Below are positions 1-9,308 of a stretch of 35,457 nucleotides of DNA, one piece after another. A program made the position numbers and the translations under genes. The notes under the pieces are model-generated. The model was not told where the DNA came from, did not search any database, and was given only the letters and a program-made list of their open reading frames with translations. Source of the DNA: Parcubacteria group bacterium CG2_30_36_38 (GTDB taxonomy: Bacteria; Patescibacteriota; Patescibacteriia; UBA2591; CG2-30-36-38). The stretch covers positions 1-35,457 of the forward strand of contig MNZE01000025.1 of assembly GCA_001873465.1 (NCBI GenBank), written 5' to 3'. How positions within the stretch are numbered: position 1 is the first letter of the stretch; the number at the start of each line of letters is the position of its first letter.

Positions 1-345
1 ACCACTGAATCAACCAAAGAGGTTGAAGTGATGCTTCGTCTTCATCAGGATCTTGCCCCGATAAAAATAGCTATTTTGCCTTTAGTTAAAAAGGAGCCGT
101 TGATAAAATTAGCTCGCGAGATATATCTTAATTTTAAAAAATATTGGCCGGTTCAATATGATGAAGCCAGCTCCATCGGTCGCCGTTATCGCCGAGGCGA
201 TGAGATCGGCACTCTTTTCGCCCTGACTGTTGATTTTGAGAGTTTAGAAGATAAAAAAGTTACCGTCAGAGACAGGGATACTATGAAACAGGAAAGAATA
301 GAAATTGATAAGCTTACTGAATATTTTAGAAATAAAAATGTATAA
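1..345 (+). CDS. glyQS: glycine--tRNA ligase (dimeric class II GlyRS), C-terminal anticodon-binding part; 5' end is outside the window
   Basis: Frame 1 is open from base 1. The tail APIKIAILPLVKK...YDEASSIGRRYRRGDEIGTLFALTVDFES...VTVRDRDTMKQERI matches the conserved GlyRS C-terminal domain. Confidence 0.85.
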   Translation, partial: TTESTKEVEVMLRLHQDLAPIKIAILPLVKKEPLIKLAREIYLNFKKYWPVQYDEASSIGRRYRRGDEIGTLFALTVDFESLEDKKVTVRDRDTMKQERIEIDKLTEYFRNKNV

Positions 346-1609
346 AAAAGTTGTACTAGAAAATGGTCTAAGAATAATCACCGTACCGATTAAAAGTACC
401 GGGGCAGTGACGATTTTGATTTTAACTGAAGTTGGATCAAAATATGAGACAAGGGAGGTCAATGGTATTTCGCATTTTATTGAGCACATGATATTCAAAG
501 GAACGCAGAAAAGGCCCACCACCCAAGAGGTAAGCTCGGCTCTTGATAGGGTCGGGGGAGAATACAACGCTTTTACCGGCGGGGAATTTACTGGTTATTG
601 GGCAAAAGTAGATGCTAAGCATTTAGATTTAGCCCTTGATTGGATCTCTGATATTTTTTTAAATTCAAAGTTTGACGAGAAAGAGATAGAAAGAGAAAAA
701 GGAGTGATTATTGAAGAAATAAACATGCGGCTTGACATGCCGACAAGTTATGTCTTTGATCTCTGGGACAAGTTGCTTTATCAAGATCAGCCAGCTGGTT
801 GGCCTATTTCTGGAGAGAAAGAAACAGTGGCTAAATTAGAAAAAGGAGATTTTTTTGAATATTCAGCCAATCATTACTCATCGCGGAATACGGTTGTTTG
901 TTTGGCTGGCAATTTCGAGTCAAAAATTGCCCTAGAAAAGGCAAAAAAGTATTTTAAAAAGATAAGAACAAATAAACCAAAACAAAAATTGAAGGTGATA
1001 GAGAAGCAAAGCAAACCACAAGTTCTTAATTATTTTAAAGAAACAGATCAAACCCATTTTTGTTTGGGAGTACGGGGCTACGACTTGTTCCATCCACAAC
1101 GATATACTCAGGGTGTGATCGCGACAATTTTAGGGGGACCAATGAGCTCGCGCCTTTTTATTTCTGTGCGGGATAAACACGGCTTAGCTTATTATATCCA
1201 TACTCTCTCTGACAGCTCGACGGATACCGGCTGCCTTGTCACCCACGCCGGGGTGGATAATAAAAACGTTGATAAAGCTCTCGAGCTAATTTTAAAAGAA
1301 TATAAATCTCTTAAAGAAGGGGAGATAGATAAAGAAGAATTGCAGAAAGCAAAAGATTATTTAAAAGGAAGATTATATTTAGCCTTAGAATCATCAGAGG
1401 CGCAGGCTTCATTTTATACTAATCAAGAATTGTTAACGCGAAAAATTTTGACTCCGGAAGAAGAAGTAAAAAAAATCGATAAAGTGACGCTTAATGATAT
1501 TAGAAAAGTGGCTCAAGATATTTTTAGGAGAGAGAAGCTAAATTTAGCTTCAATTGGGCCGGCTAAAGAAAAAGAGACCTACTTGAATATTTTAGAAAAT
1601 AGCTTATAA
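338..1609 (+). CDS. M16 family (pitrilysin/insulinase-like) zinc peptidase
   Basis: Inverted zinc motif HFIEH in GISHFIEHMIFKGT, with typical M16 length and layout. Start chosen at MYKKVVLENGLRIITVP (ATG 338), which overlaps the glyQS stop by 8 nt. The ORF track starts at 305. Confidence 0.85.
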   Translation: MYKKVVLENGLRIITVPIKSTGAVTILILTEVGSKYETREVNGISHFIEHMIFKGTQKRPTTQEVSSALDRVGGEYNAFTGGEFTGYWAKVDAKHLDLALDWISDIFLNSKFDEKEIEREKGVIIEEINMRLDMPTSYVFDLWDKLLYQDQPAGWPISGEKETVAKLEKGDFFEYSANHYSSRNTVVCLAGNFESKIALEKAKKYFKKIRTNKPKQKLKVIEKQSKPQVLNYFKETDQTHFCLGVRGYDLFHPQRYTQGVIATILGGPMSSRLFISVRDKHGLAYYIHTLSDSSTDTGCLVTHAGVDNKNVDKALELILKEYKSLKEGEIDKEELQKAKDYLKGRLYLALESSEAQASFYTNQELLTRKILTPEEEVKKIDKVTLNDIRKVAQDIFRREKLNLASIGPAKEKETYLNILENSL

Positions 1610-1618
1610 TAAACCCGT

Positions 1619-2644
1619 ATGGAGAAGCAAACTACTCTTATCAAAATTGACCCCTGGTCAGTTTTAAAAGTTATTTTGGTTTTTTTAGGATTTTGGTTTT
1701 TATACCTGATTCGGGATGTCATCCTGATTTTTTTAATTGCTGCTTTTCTCTCCATTATTATTATTCCAGCGGTAAATTTTTTTGAAAGAAAGAAATTTCC
1801 CCGTTGGCTTGGTGTCTTGGTCGTTTATCTAATCATTTTAGCTGCGGTCGTATTTTTGAGCTTTTTGGTTTTTCCGACCTTAATCAGTCAGGGTAAAGTT
1901 TTACTTGAGAAAATACCGGATTATTTTAAGTCCATTTTAGGCGGAGGATCAGTATTGGAAAGCGATAGCTTTTTCGAAGCCATAAAAAGATGGTTAACCA
2001 CTTCTAGCCCGGAGCGATCTCAAATATTTTCTTTTTTTGGCAACGTAGTTAGCGGTTTGTTTACCACCATCATGGTTTTCATCATCGCCTTTTATCTTTC
2101 AGTTGACAGAGAATTCATCAATCGTCAAATTATAAAATTTTCTCCTCTTAAATATCGAAATTTTTTAACAAACTTTTATTCCACTGCTCAACAAAAAATT
2201 GGCGCTTGGTCAAGAGGAGCCTTATCTCTTTGTTTTATTATTGGTGTTTTAAGCTATTTAGGCCTCTTGATCTTAGGCGTTAAATTCGCTTTAGTTTTAG
2301 CAGTACTCGCTGGCGTCACTGAGATCATCCCCTATGTTGGTCCTTGGATCGGCGGAACAGTCGCTTTTATTGTGGCCTTAGTTGATTCGCCAATGAAAGC
2401 TTTTTTGGTCGCTATTTTTTATTTGATTTTACAGCAAGCGGAAAATAGTTTAATTGTGCCGCTTACGATGCGTAAGGCCGTTGGTTTGAATCCGGTGGTA
2501 GTTTTAGTTGTTTTACTGATTGGCGGAAAACTGGCCGGACCAATCGGCGCTCTTCTGGCTGTGCCGGTGGCCACGATTATCGGTATTTTAGTAAAAGAGT
2601 ATTTAAATTATAAAAAAGAAATTAATCAAAAATCAGAAGCTTAA
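1619..2644 (+). CDS. AI-2E family transporter (PerM/UPF0118-type multi-pass membrane protein)
   Basis: Multiple hydrophobic helices. The conserved C-terminal region ...VTEIIPYVGPWIGG...LIVPLTMRKAVGLNPVVVLVVLLIGGKLAGPIGALLAVPV is typical of this family. Confidence 0.8.
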   Translation: MEKQTTLIKIDPWSVLKVILVFLGFWFLYLIRDVILIFLIAAFLSIIIIPAVNFFERKKFPRWLGVLVVYLIILAAVVFLSFLVFPTLISQGKVLLEKIPDYFKSILGGGSVLESDSFFEAIKRWLTTSSPERSQIFSFFGNVVSGLFTTIMVFIIAFYLSVDREFINRQIIKFSPLKYRNFLTNFYSTAQQKIGAWSRGALSLCFIIGVLSYLGLLILGVKFALVLAVLAGVTEIIPYVGPWIGGTVAFIVALVDSPMKAFLVAIFYLILQQAENSLIVPLTMRKAVGLNPVVVLVVLLIGGKLAGPIGALLAVPVATIIGILVKEYLNYKKEINQKSEA

Positions 2645-2647
2645 TCT

Positions 2648-3658
2648 ATGTTTGTTCGAAAAATAGGCATTGATTTAGGAACAGCGAATACTTTAGTTCA
2701 TGTTCCGACGCGCGGCATTATTATCAACGAGCCATCAGTGGTGGCTATTTCTACTATTGATAAATCAGTGCTAGCGGTTGGCAATGAAGCGAAGGAGATG
2801 ATCGGTCGGACGCCCGATACGATTGTGGCAAAAAAACCTTTGAAAGATGGGGTCATCGCGGATTATAAGACAACCGAGGCAATGCTAAAATATTTTATTA
2901 GCAAAGCCCTGGGCAAAATAAGAATTTTTAAACCGGAAGTGATGATTTCTATCCCTTCTGGAGCAACGCCGACTGAGCGCCGGGCGGTAAAAGACGCGGG
3001 GATGGCTGCTGGTGCTAAAGAAGTTTATGTGATCAAAGAACCGATCGCCGCTGCCATTGGTTCTAATATTCCCATTGGTTCAGCGGCTGGCCATATGATT
3101 GTTGATATGGGAGGCGGGACGACTGAAGCAGCCGTGATTTCTTTAGGCGGGATTGTTGCTTGTATCTCAGTACGGGTAGCGGGGAACAGACTTGACGCGG
3201 CTATTGCTTCCTATATTCGCAGAAAACACAATTTAGCCATAGGCGAGCAAACAGCAGAGCGAGTAAAGATTGAGATTGGTTCAGCTATACCTCTTGAAAA
3301 AAAGTTGAAAATGGATGTTAAGGGCCGGGAGATGACAACCGGTTTGCCAAAAACTATTATCTTAAGCTCTGATGGCGTGACCGAAGCTGTCCAAGATGAT
3401 CTAGAGGCGATTGTTGACGCTATAAAATTAGTCCTTTATAACACCCCGCCGGAATTATCAGCTGACGTCATGGAAAAGGGTATGGTTTTGGCAGGCGGGA
3501 CAGCGCTTTTAAGAAACATTGATAAATTTATTTCTCAGGCAATTGGCGTACCTGTTTTTGTCGCTGACGAGCCGCTCTTGGCAGTGGCTAAAGGCACAGG
3601 AATAACCTTAGATAATCTAGAAGCGTATAAAAAAAGCATTTTAGCGATGAAGTGGTAA
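2648..3658 (+). CDS. mreB: rod-shape-determining actin homolog MreB
   Basis: IGIDLGTANTLV phosphate-1 motif, EPIAAAIG, DMGGGTTEAAVISLGGIV and VLAGGTALLRNIDKFIS. Full length is 336 aa. Confidence 0.92.
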   Translation: MFVRKIGIDLGTANTLVHVPTRGIIINEPSVVAISTIDKSVLAVGNEAKEMIGRTPDTIVAKKPLKDGVIADYKTTEAMLKYFISKALGKIRIFKPEVMISIPSGATPTERRAVKDAGMAAGAKEVYVIKEPIAAAIGSNIPIGSAAGHMIVDMGGGTTEAAVISLGGIVACISVRVAGNRLDAAIASYIRRKHNLAIGEQTAERVKIEIGSAIPLEKKLKMDVKGREMTTGLPKTIILSSDGVTEAVQDDLEAIVDAIKLVLYNTPPELSADVMEKGMVLAGGTALLRNIDKFISQAIGVPVFVADEPLLAVAKGTGITLDNLEAYKKSILAMKW

Positions 3659-3661
3659 TTT

Positions 3662-4813
3662 ATGCCTATTATTTTAGCTATTTTAGCCTTAAGCATTTTA
3701 GTTTTTTTTCACGAACTTGGCCATTTTCTGAGCGCCAAGATTTCTGGCGTGAAAGTAGAAGAGTTTGGCGTTGGTTATCCGCCTCGGATTTTTGGTTTTT
3801 ATAAAAAAAATAGTCAATATCGTTTTTTCTGGGGGAAAAAAATTCCTGAGAAAGAAGAACTTCACACAATTTATTCTTTAAATTGGATCCCTTTTGGCGG
3901 ATTCAATCAACTGAAGGGAGAGGCCGGCGAAGGCGCTTCTTTAAAAAAAGAAAAAGAAAGTTTTATGGCTCAAGCTTGGTATAAAAAAGCCTTTATTTCT
4001 TTTTCAGGCGCCCTGATGAATATTATTTTGGCTTTTTTGATTTTTTCCGCCTGTTTTTTTTATGGTATGCCTCAAGCGCTTGAGGGGGGAGTAAAAGGGC
4101 GAGTAATTGAAAAAAAGGGGGTCCAGATAATTGCAGTTATGCCTGGTTCGCCAGCAGAAAAAGTAGGATTGAAAATGGGAGACGTTATTCTCAAGATTGA
4201 TAATCAGGAGGTAGTTGGAAGCGAAGAAGTACAGGGGGAAATTCGCAAGAGGAAGAACGAGGAAATTTCATTAACTTTAAAGAGGGGGTTTAGGATTTTA
4301 GAAAAAAAAGTAAGAGTCGGAGATGCCAGTCAAATTTATCCTCAAGTGAAAGAAAGCTACGGAGCAATTGGCATCTCTCCGGTCGAGATAGGAATTGTCA
4401 GATATTCTTTAGGGCAATCGATCATCAATGGTTTTAAAACAACGTTTTTTTTGACCGGTCAAATGTTTTACGGAGTTGGCTTATTTTTTAAATCTATTTT
4501 TATTGAAAAAGCAAAAATTATCAAACAAATAGTCGGACCGGTTGGCGTGGGCGCTATGATTAGTCAGGCCGCAGAGGTTGGTTTTGCTTATTTTTTTCAA
4601 TTACTTGGCCTTTTATCTTTAGCCCTAGGCGTTTGTCAATTGATTCCTTTCCCCGCTTTAGATGGATTTAGAGTAGTGACTTCTCTCATTGAAGGGGTGA
4701 GAAAAAAGCCGGTTAATCCAAAAATTGAAGCGATGGCCATTAATTTTGGATTTTTCTTTATATTATTTTTAATGATTGTGGTAACTTCGCGAGAGATCAT
4801 TGGTTTTTTCTAA
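3662..4813 (+). CDS. rseP: RIP site-2 metalloprotease (M50, RseP family) with one PDZ domain
   Basis: HELGHF (HExxH) in the first TM helix, a PDZ-like segment (VMPGSPAEKVGLKMGDVILKIDN), and the C-terminal LIPFPALDG motif. Confidence 0.88.
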   Translation: MPIILAILALSILVFFHELGHFLSAKISGVKVEEFGVGYPPRIFGFYKKNSQYRFFWGKKIPEKEELHTIYSLNWIPFGGFNQLKGEAGEGASLKKEKESFMAQAWYKKAFISFSGALMNIILAFLIFSACFFYGMPQALEGGVKGRVIEKKGVQIIAVMPGSPAEKVGLKMGDVILKIDNQEVVGSEEVQGEIRKRKNEEISLTLKRGFRILEKKVRVGDASQIYPQVKESYGAIGISPVEIGIVRYSLGQSIINGFKTTFFLTGQMFYGVGLFFKSIFIEKAKIIKQIVGPVGVGAMISQAAEVGFAYFFQLLGLLSLALGVCQLIPFPALDGFRVVTSLIEGVRKKPVNPKIEAMAINFGFFFILFLMIVVTSREIIGFF

Positions 4814-4825
4814 TTTCTATTAGCT

Positions 4826-6052
4826 ATGTATCAATCTAAATTGTTTACCAAGACTCTTAAATCTCCTCCAAAAGATGCTGTTTCCATTAATCATCAGCTT
4901 TTGACAAGGGCTGGTTTTATAAAGCAATTAACTAGCGGTATCTGGTCTTTTTTGCCCTTAGGTTGGCGTGTTTACAAGAAATTAGAGAAGATTGTGGAAA
5001 AAGAACTTGATGCCATTGGATCACAAGAGGTTTTTTTACCGACTCTTATCCCGGCTGAACTTTGGCGAGAAACAGGCCGTTGGGATACGATGGACCCCCC
5101 TCTTTTTAAATGTAAAGATCGTCATGAAAAGTGGTTCGGTTTGGGGTCGACTCATGAAGAAGTAATAACTGAGCTGAGCCGTTTTTACATTAATTCTTAC
5201 AGAGATTTGCCTCAGGCCCTTTATCAAATTCAAAATAAATTTAGAAATGAGACGCGGCCTAGCGGAGGATTATTAAGGACAAAAGAATTTTTGATGAAAG
5301 ATTTATACAGTTTTCATCAATCAGAAGAAGATTTGAGAAAATTTTATCAAAAAGTGGTTAAAGCTTATCAAAAATTTTTTAAAGTCTGTAAATTAGAGAC
5401 CGTTTTAGTGGAAGCTCATTCTGGCTCAATTGGTGGGAACAAGTCTCAGGAATTCATGGTTTTTTCTGAGACAGGCGAAGACAAGATTTTATACTGTCCT
5501 CGTTGCGGCTGGGGAACAAACATAGAGAAGGCTCCAGATGAAGAAAAGTGCCCTAAGTGTTTCTCTAAATTAGAGAAAAAAAATGCCATAGAGATTGGCC
5601 ATGTTTTTGAATTGGGCGCGCTTTATAGCGAAAAAATGTCTGCCTTTTTTGTTGATCAAAAAGGAAAGAGAAAGCCTTTAATCATGGGTTGCTATGGAAT
5701 CGGCTTACCTCGCCTCCTTGCTACTATCGTGGAAGTCCATCATGATCAGGATGGCATTATCTGGCCTTTGAGAGTTGCCCCCTTTGAATACCACCTGCTC
5801 TCTTTCAAAAAGGATAAGGAGGCGAATAGAATTTATCGCCTTCTGACCTCTTATGGCAAGGAAGTTTTATTTGATGAGCGCGACCTGTCGCCCGGAGAAA
5901 AGTTAAAAGACGCTGATTTAATTGGCATTCCTAAAAGATTAATTATTAGCCAGAAGACGGGAAAAATGATAGAATATAAAGAGAGAGGCAACAAAAAAAC
6001 GAAGCTGATTAAAATAAAAGATTTAATGAAATTTTTTAATATCAATTTTTGA
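4826..6052 (+). CDS. proS: proline--tRNA ligase, bacterial-type catalytic core with anticodon-binding domain but no INS editing domain
   Basis: The N-terminus SINHQLLTRAGFIKQLTSGIWSFLPLGWRV, RPSGGLLRTKEFLMKD (motif 2), GCYGIGLPRL (motif 3) and the C-terminal ABD are all present. The protein is only 408 aa. A CPRC...CPKC segment sits where INS normally lies. Confidence 0.88.
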   Translation: MYQSKLFTKTLKSPPKDAVSINHQLLTRAGFIKQLTSGIWSFLPLGWRVYKKLEKIVEKELDAIGSQEVFLPTLIPAELWRETGRWDTMDPPLFKCKDRHEKWFGLGSTHEEVITELSRFYINSYRDLPQALYQIQNKFRNETRPSGGLLRTKEFLMKDLYSFHQSEEDLRKFYQKVVKAYQKFFKVCKLETVLVEAHSGSIGGNKSQEFMVFSETGEDKILYCPRCGWGTNIEKAPDEEKCPKCFSKLEKKNAIEIGHVFELGALYSEKMSAFFVDQKGKRKPLIMGCYGIGLPRLLATIVEVHHDQDGIIWPLRVAPFEYHLLSFKKDKEANRIYRLLTSYGKEVLFDERDLSPGEKLKDADLIGIPKRLIISQKTGKMIEYKERGNKKTKLIKIKDLMKFFNINF

Positions 6053-6064
6053 ATTTTAAATCGT

Positions 6065-7090
6065 ATGTTTAATCTTTTCTCGAGGAGCGACGTGGCCATT
6101 GATTTAGGGACAGCTCGGACAAAAATTTATCTCAAAGGCAAGGGCGTGTTAATGGATGAGCCAACGATTGTCGCTATTAACACAAGATCCGATCAGATTA
6201 TTGCTATTGGCGAAAGCGCTCTTAAGATGGAAGGGAAATCGCCGGCTCATATTATGGTGACAAGACCAATTAATTCTGGGATTGTCACGGATTTTGAAAT
6301 AGCGGAAAGAATGGTCAAAAATTTGCTGGATCGACTGTTTCAAACTACTTTTTATGGCGTTAGACCGAGAATTATTACTAACGTCCCTTTAGATGTGACG
6401 GAAGTAGAAAAAAAGTCTCTTGAAGATATAATGTGGCAAGTTGGAGCCAAAAAAGTTTATCTTATTGAAAGACCGATTGCGGCCGCCATAGGTTGCAGTC
6501 TTCCAATTCAAGATGCTTGCGCTTCTTTGATTGTAGAAATGGGCGCTGGCCTCACAGAAATCGCAGTTATTTCCTTGTCTGGCATTGTTTCTTGGCGTTC
6601 ACTCAAATTTGGTGGCGAGAGTTTAGACTTTTCAATTATTAATTATATTAGAGAAAAATATGGCCTGCTGCTTGGCAAAAGAACGGCTGAAGATTTGAAA
6701 ATAAAAATAGGCTCTGCCATTGCTGACAAGCCTATTGAGATGAGAGTTAAGGGAAGAGATTTGCAAAGTGGTTTGCCGAAAGAAATTAAGGTTTCAAATG
6801 AGGAAATAAAAGAAACAATTATAGGACCACTTAAAAATATTGTTGAAAATATCAGGGAAACGATTGAGCAGACCCCACCGGAATTAGTTTCGGATATCTA
6901 TGAGCGGGGGATGGTGATTTCAGGCGGACCGGCTCTTTTGCCTGGGCTTGTTAAATTTTTAGAAAAAGAAATTAAAATCCCCATTCACTTAGCTCATGAG
7001 CCTGGACAGAGCGTAATTCACGGTTTAGGAATGGTGCTTGAAGATTTTAATAACTTGAAAGACGTGGTTATTCCCTTAACTGATGAATAG
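6065..7090 (+). CDS. second MreB-family actin homolog (divergent paralog)
   Basis: VAIDLGTARTKIY, ERPIAAAIG, VEMGAGLTEIAVISLSGIV and VISGGPALLPGLVKFLE. It has the same architecture as the 2648..3658 gene but is clearly diverged. Confidence 0.85.
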   Translation: MFNLFSRSDVAIDLGTARTKIYLKGKGVLMDEPTIVAINTRSDQIIAIGESALKMEGKSPAHIMVTRPINSGIVTDFEIAERMVKNLLDRLFQTTFYGVRPRIITNVPLDVTEVEKKSLEDIMWQVGAKKVYLIERPIAAAIGCSLPIQDACASLIVEMGAGLTEIAVISLSGIVSWRSLKFGGESLDFSIINYIREKYGLLLGKRTAEDLKIKIGSAIADKPIEMRVKGRDLQSGLPKEIKVSNEEIKETIIGPLKNIVENIRETIEQTPPELVSDIYERGMVISGGPALLPGLVKFLEKEIKIPIHLAHEPGQSVIHGLGMVLEDFNNLKDVVIPLTDE

Positions 7091-7105
7091 TGTCAAGTGG
7101 AGAGA

Positions 7106-9277
7106 CTATTCGAGCTTCATTGAGATAAGTTTTGTTGATCCTCCTCGCTCCATTGTCGCTCCGTATAAAACATCGGCTATTTCCATCACGACCGGGTTAT
7201 GAGAGATAAGAATAAATTGAGTTCTTTGCACCAATTCTTTGATAATTTTGGCAAAACGATCAGAATTTTTTTCATCAAGAGCTGCGTCCGCTTCATCTAA
7301 AATAACAAAAGGCGGTTTATTAATAGAGATAATAGCGCAAATAAGGCCGAGGGAGGTCAAGGCCTTTTCTCCGCCAGAGAGCATCTCAATGTTCTTTATT
7401 TTTTTTCCTGGCGGTTCGGCAAGAATTTCTATATCATATTCTTTTTGTTCGATTAATTTTGTTTCTTCTACCTCTTCAATTGCTTCTTGTTGAGACGTTA
7501 TTTCCTTTTCAAGATTTTTGGATATTTCCTCTAATTTTATTTTTGCCCCTCCGCCACCAAAAAGTATTTTAAAAAATCTGTCAAATTCCTTATTAATTTT
7601 CGTAAAATTTTCTTTAAATTGGATTTTAATTTTTTCTTCAAGCTTATAAATAATTTCTTTGAGAGATTTAATGCTTTCTTTCAGGTCCTCGGTTTGGGAG
7701 GAGAGAAAATTGAAACGTTCAAGAGCAATCTTATGTTCTTTTTCCACCTCAGGATCTATACCGCCGATCATTTCTAATTGATGTTTCATTTTTTTTATTT
7801 GGTCGAGCTTTTCTCTATTGGGCCTTAGTTCGTCAGCTTCTTTCTCTTTAAGTATTTCAAGAGAACCTGTTTCCTCTATTATTTCTTTTTCTAAGTCGTC
7901 TTTTCTTGTTTCTATTCTGGCTGTTTCAATTTTTATTTCGTTGATTTCATTATCAATTATATTAAGTTGGTTCTGATATTTTTCAATTTCCTTTTGTTCT
8001 TCTAAAATTTTTCCTCTTTTTGCTTTTTCTTCGCTCAAAAATTGGCTTAATTCTTGATTAATTTTTTTAATCTCCTCGCTAAGGGACTCTATTTTTGTTT
8101 TAATCTCCTCGCATTCTTTTGTTTTGTTTTCTAAATCTCCCGAAAAATTCTCTTTGTTTTCCTTAAAACAATTTATTAAATCTTCTAATTTGAGGCTAAT
8201 AGCTTGAACCAGTTCTTTAATTTTTAAGATATCCTTTTCCTCTTTTAGTTTTAAAACAAAGTCCTTCATCTCTTTTAGGCCGCCTAAAATCTTTTTTGTC
8301 TCAGCGGTTATTTCTATCTGTTCGTCTCCTTTGCCTCTTTTTTGCACTTGCTTGATTTCAAATTCTAAGAAGGTTTGTTTTTTAAAATAGTCATTTTTTA
8401 TTTCTAAAAGCTCTTGATATTTTTCTTGTTTATTAAAATAGTTCTTATCAATTTCCTCTTTGCCAAATTCTTCAATTTTTGCTTTGAAACCCGAGAGATT
8501 GTTTTCAATCTCTTTTTTGAAAGATGTTTTTTTCTCAAGGCCCTGTTTTTTAGAAATAATTTGAGCATTAAGTTCTTGCCAAATTTCCCCATAATATGTT
8601 TTTTGAAGAGATCGCAGTTCTTTCTCTAGAATTTGGCGCTTTTGCAACTTATTCATTTGTCTTTTTAAAGAATTAAGATGCGGAGTCAACTCAGCCAGGG
8701 CAATCAAAGCATTGTCTAAATTTTTTTGACTTTTAACAATTTTCCTTATTGCTTCATTTCGTTTGATCATGTATTGTTCAATGCCAGTCGCTTCATTGAA
8801 GAAGACCTGTCTTTCCTCTGATGATGATTTGAGGATCGCATCGGTCATCCCTTGATTTACGAAAGAATAACTTTTTTGGCCAAAATTATGTTGAGCTAAA
8901 AGGAAAATGACGTCTCCCAATTTGACTTTATCACTATTGATTAAATATTCGTTTTCGCCAGTTCTAAAAAGATGCCGGCTAATCTCAAATTCAGGTTCGC
9001 CCTTTTCATTACTAAAAAATAAATCAACTTTTGCCTCTCGATTTTTTCCCGTAGCCGTCTCAGAAAAAATATTTTCGAAATTTTTACTTCTTAAAGTTTT
9101 TAAACTCTGTTCGCCGAGGCCCCAAGCAATAGCATCAACAATGTTCGACTTACCAGAGCCGTTTGGTCCGACCACAGCCGTGATGCCGAAATTGTTATTT
9201 TTAGGCTTAGGGAAAATAACCGTAGTCTTTTGGGCGAAAGATTTAAAGCCAATAATTTCTAGACGATCTAAGTACAT
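7106..9277 (-). CDS. smc: SMC-family chromosome-condensation ATPase, unusually short (723 aa), no recognisable hinge
   Basis: N-terminal head: LEIIGFKSFA, GPNGSGKSNIVDAIAWGLGEQS. C-terminal head: PPGKK...LSGGEKALTSL, FVILDEADAALD, QFILISHN, LYGATME. The middle is K/E-rich and coiled-coil-like. The gene lies directly downstream of rnc, as in many bacteria. Confidence 0.85.
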   Translation of the reverse strand: MYLDRLEIIGFKSFAQKTTVIFPKPKNNNFGITAVVGPNGSGKSNIVDAIAWGLGEQSLKTLRSKNFENIFSETATGKNREAKVDLFFSNEKGEPEFEISRHLFRTGENEYLINSDKVKLGDVIFLLAQHNFGQKSYSFVNQGMTDAILKSSSEERQVFFNEATGIEQYMIKRNEAIRKIVKSQKNLDNALIALAELTPHLNSLKRQMNKLQKRQILEKELRSLQKTYYGEIWQELNAQIISKKQGLEKKTSFKKEIENNLSGFKAKIEEFGKEEIDKNYFNKQEKYQELLEIKNDYFKKQTFLEFEIKQVQKRGKGDEQIEITAETKKILGGLKEMKDFVLKLKEEKDILKIKELVQAISLKLEDLINCFKENKENFSGDLENKTKECEEIKTKIESLSEEIKKINQELSQFLSEEKAKRGKILEEQKEIEKYQNQLNIIDNEINEIKIETARIETRKDDLEKEIIEETGSLEILKEKEADELRPNREKLDQIKKMKHQLEMIGGIDPEVEKEHKIALERFNFLSSQTEDLKESIKSLKEIIYKLEEKIKIQFKENFTKINKEFDRFFKILFGGGGAKIKLEEISKNLEKEITSQQEAIEEVEETKLIEQKEYDIEILAEPPGKKIKNIEMLSGGEKALTSLGLICAIISINKPPFVILDEADAALDEKNSDRFAKIIKELVQRTQFILISHNPVVMEIADVLYGATMERGGSTKLISMKLE

Positions 9278-9308
9278 GCAAAAAAATTAATGTATATAAA
9301 ATTGCAAA

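Noticed and set aside
6050-6052. Possible alternative genetic code (UGA recoded, as in some candidate phyla).
   Set aside because: TGA ends proS (6050-6052) and rplM (27770-27772) at the expected protein C-termini. No conserved gene needs read-through of an in-frame TGA, so the standard code 11 fits.
7106-9277. The SMC-like gene as part of a defence system (Lamassu or Wadjet-type).
   Set aside because: The head motifs are those of housekeeping SMC and the gene sits in the conserved rnc-smc position. No nuclease or kleisin-like partner genes flank it.
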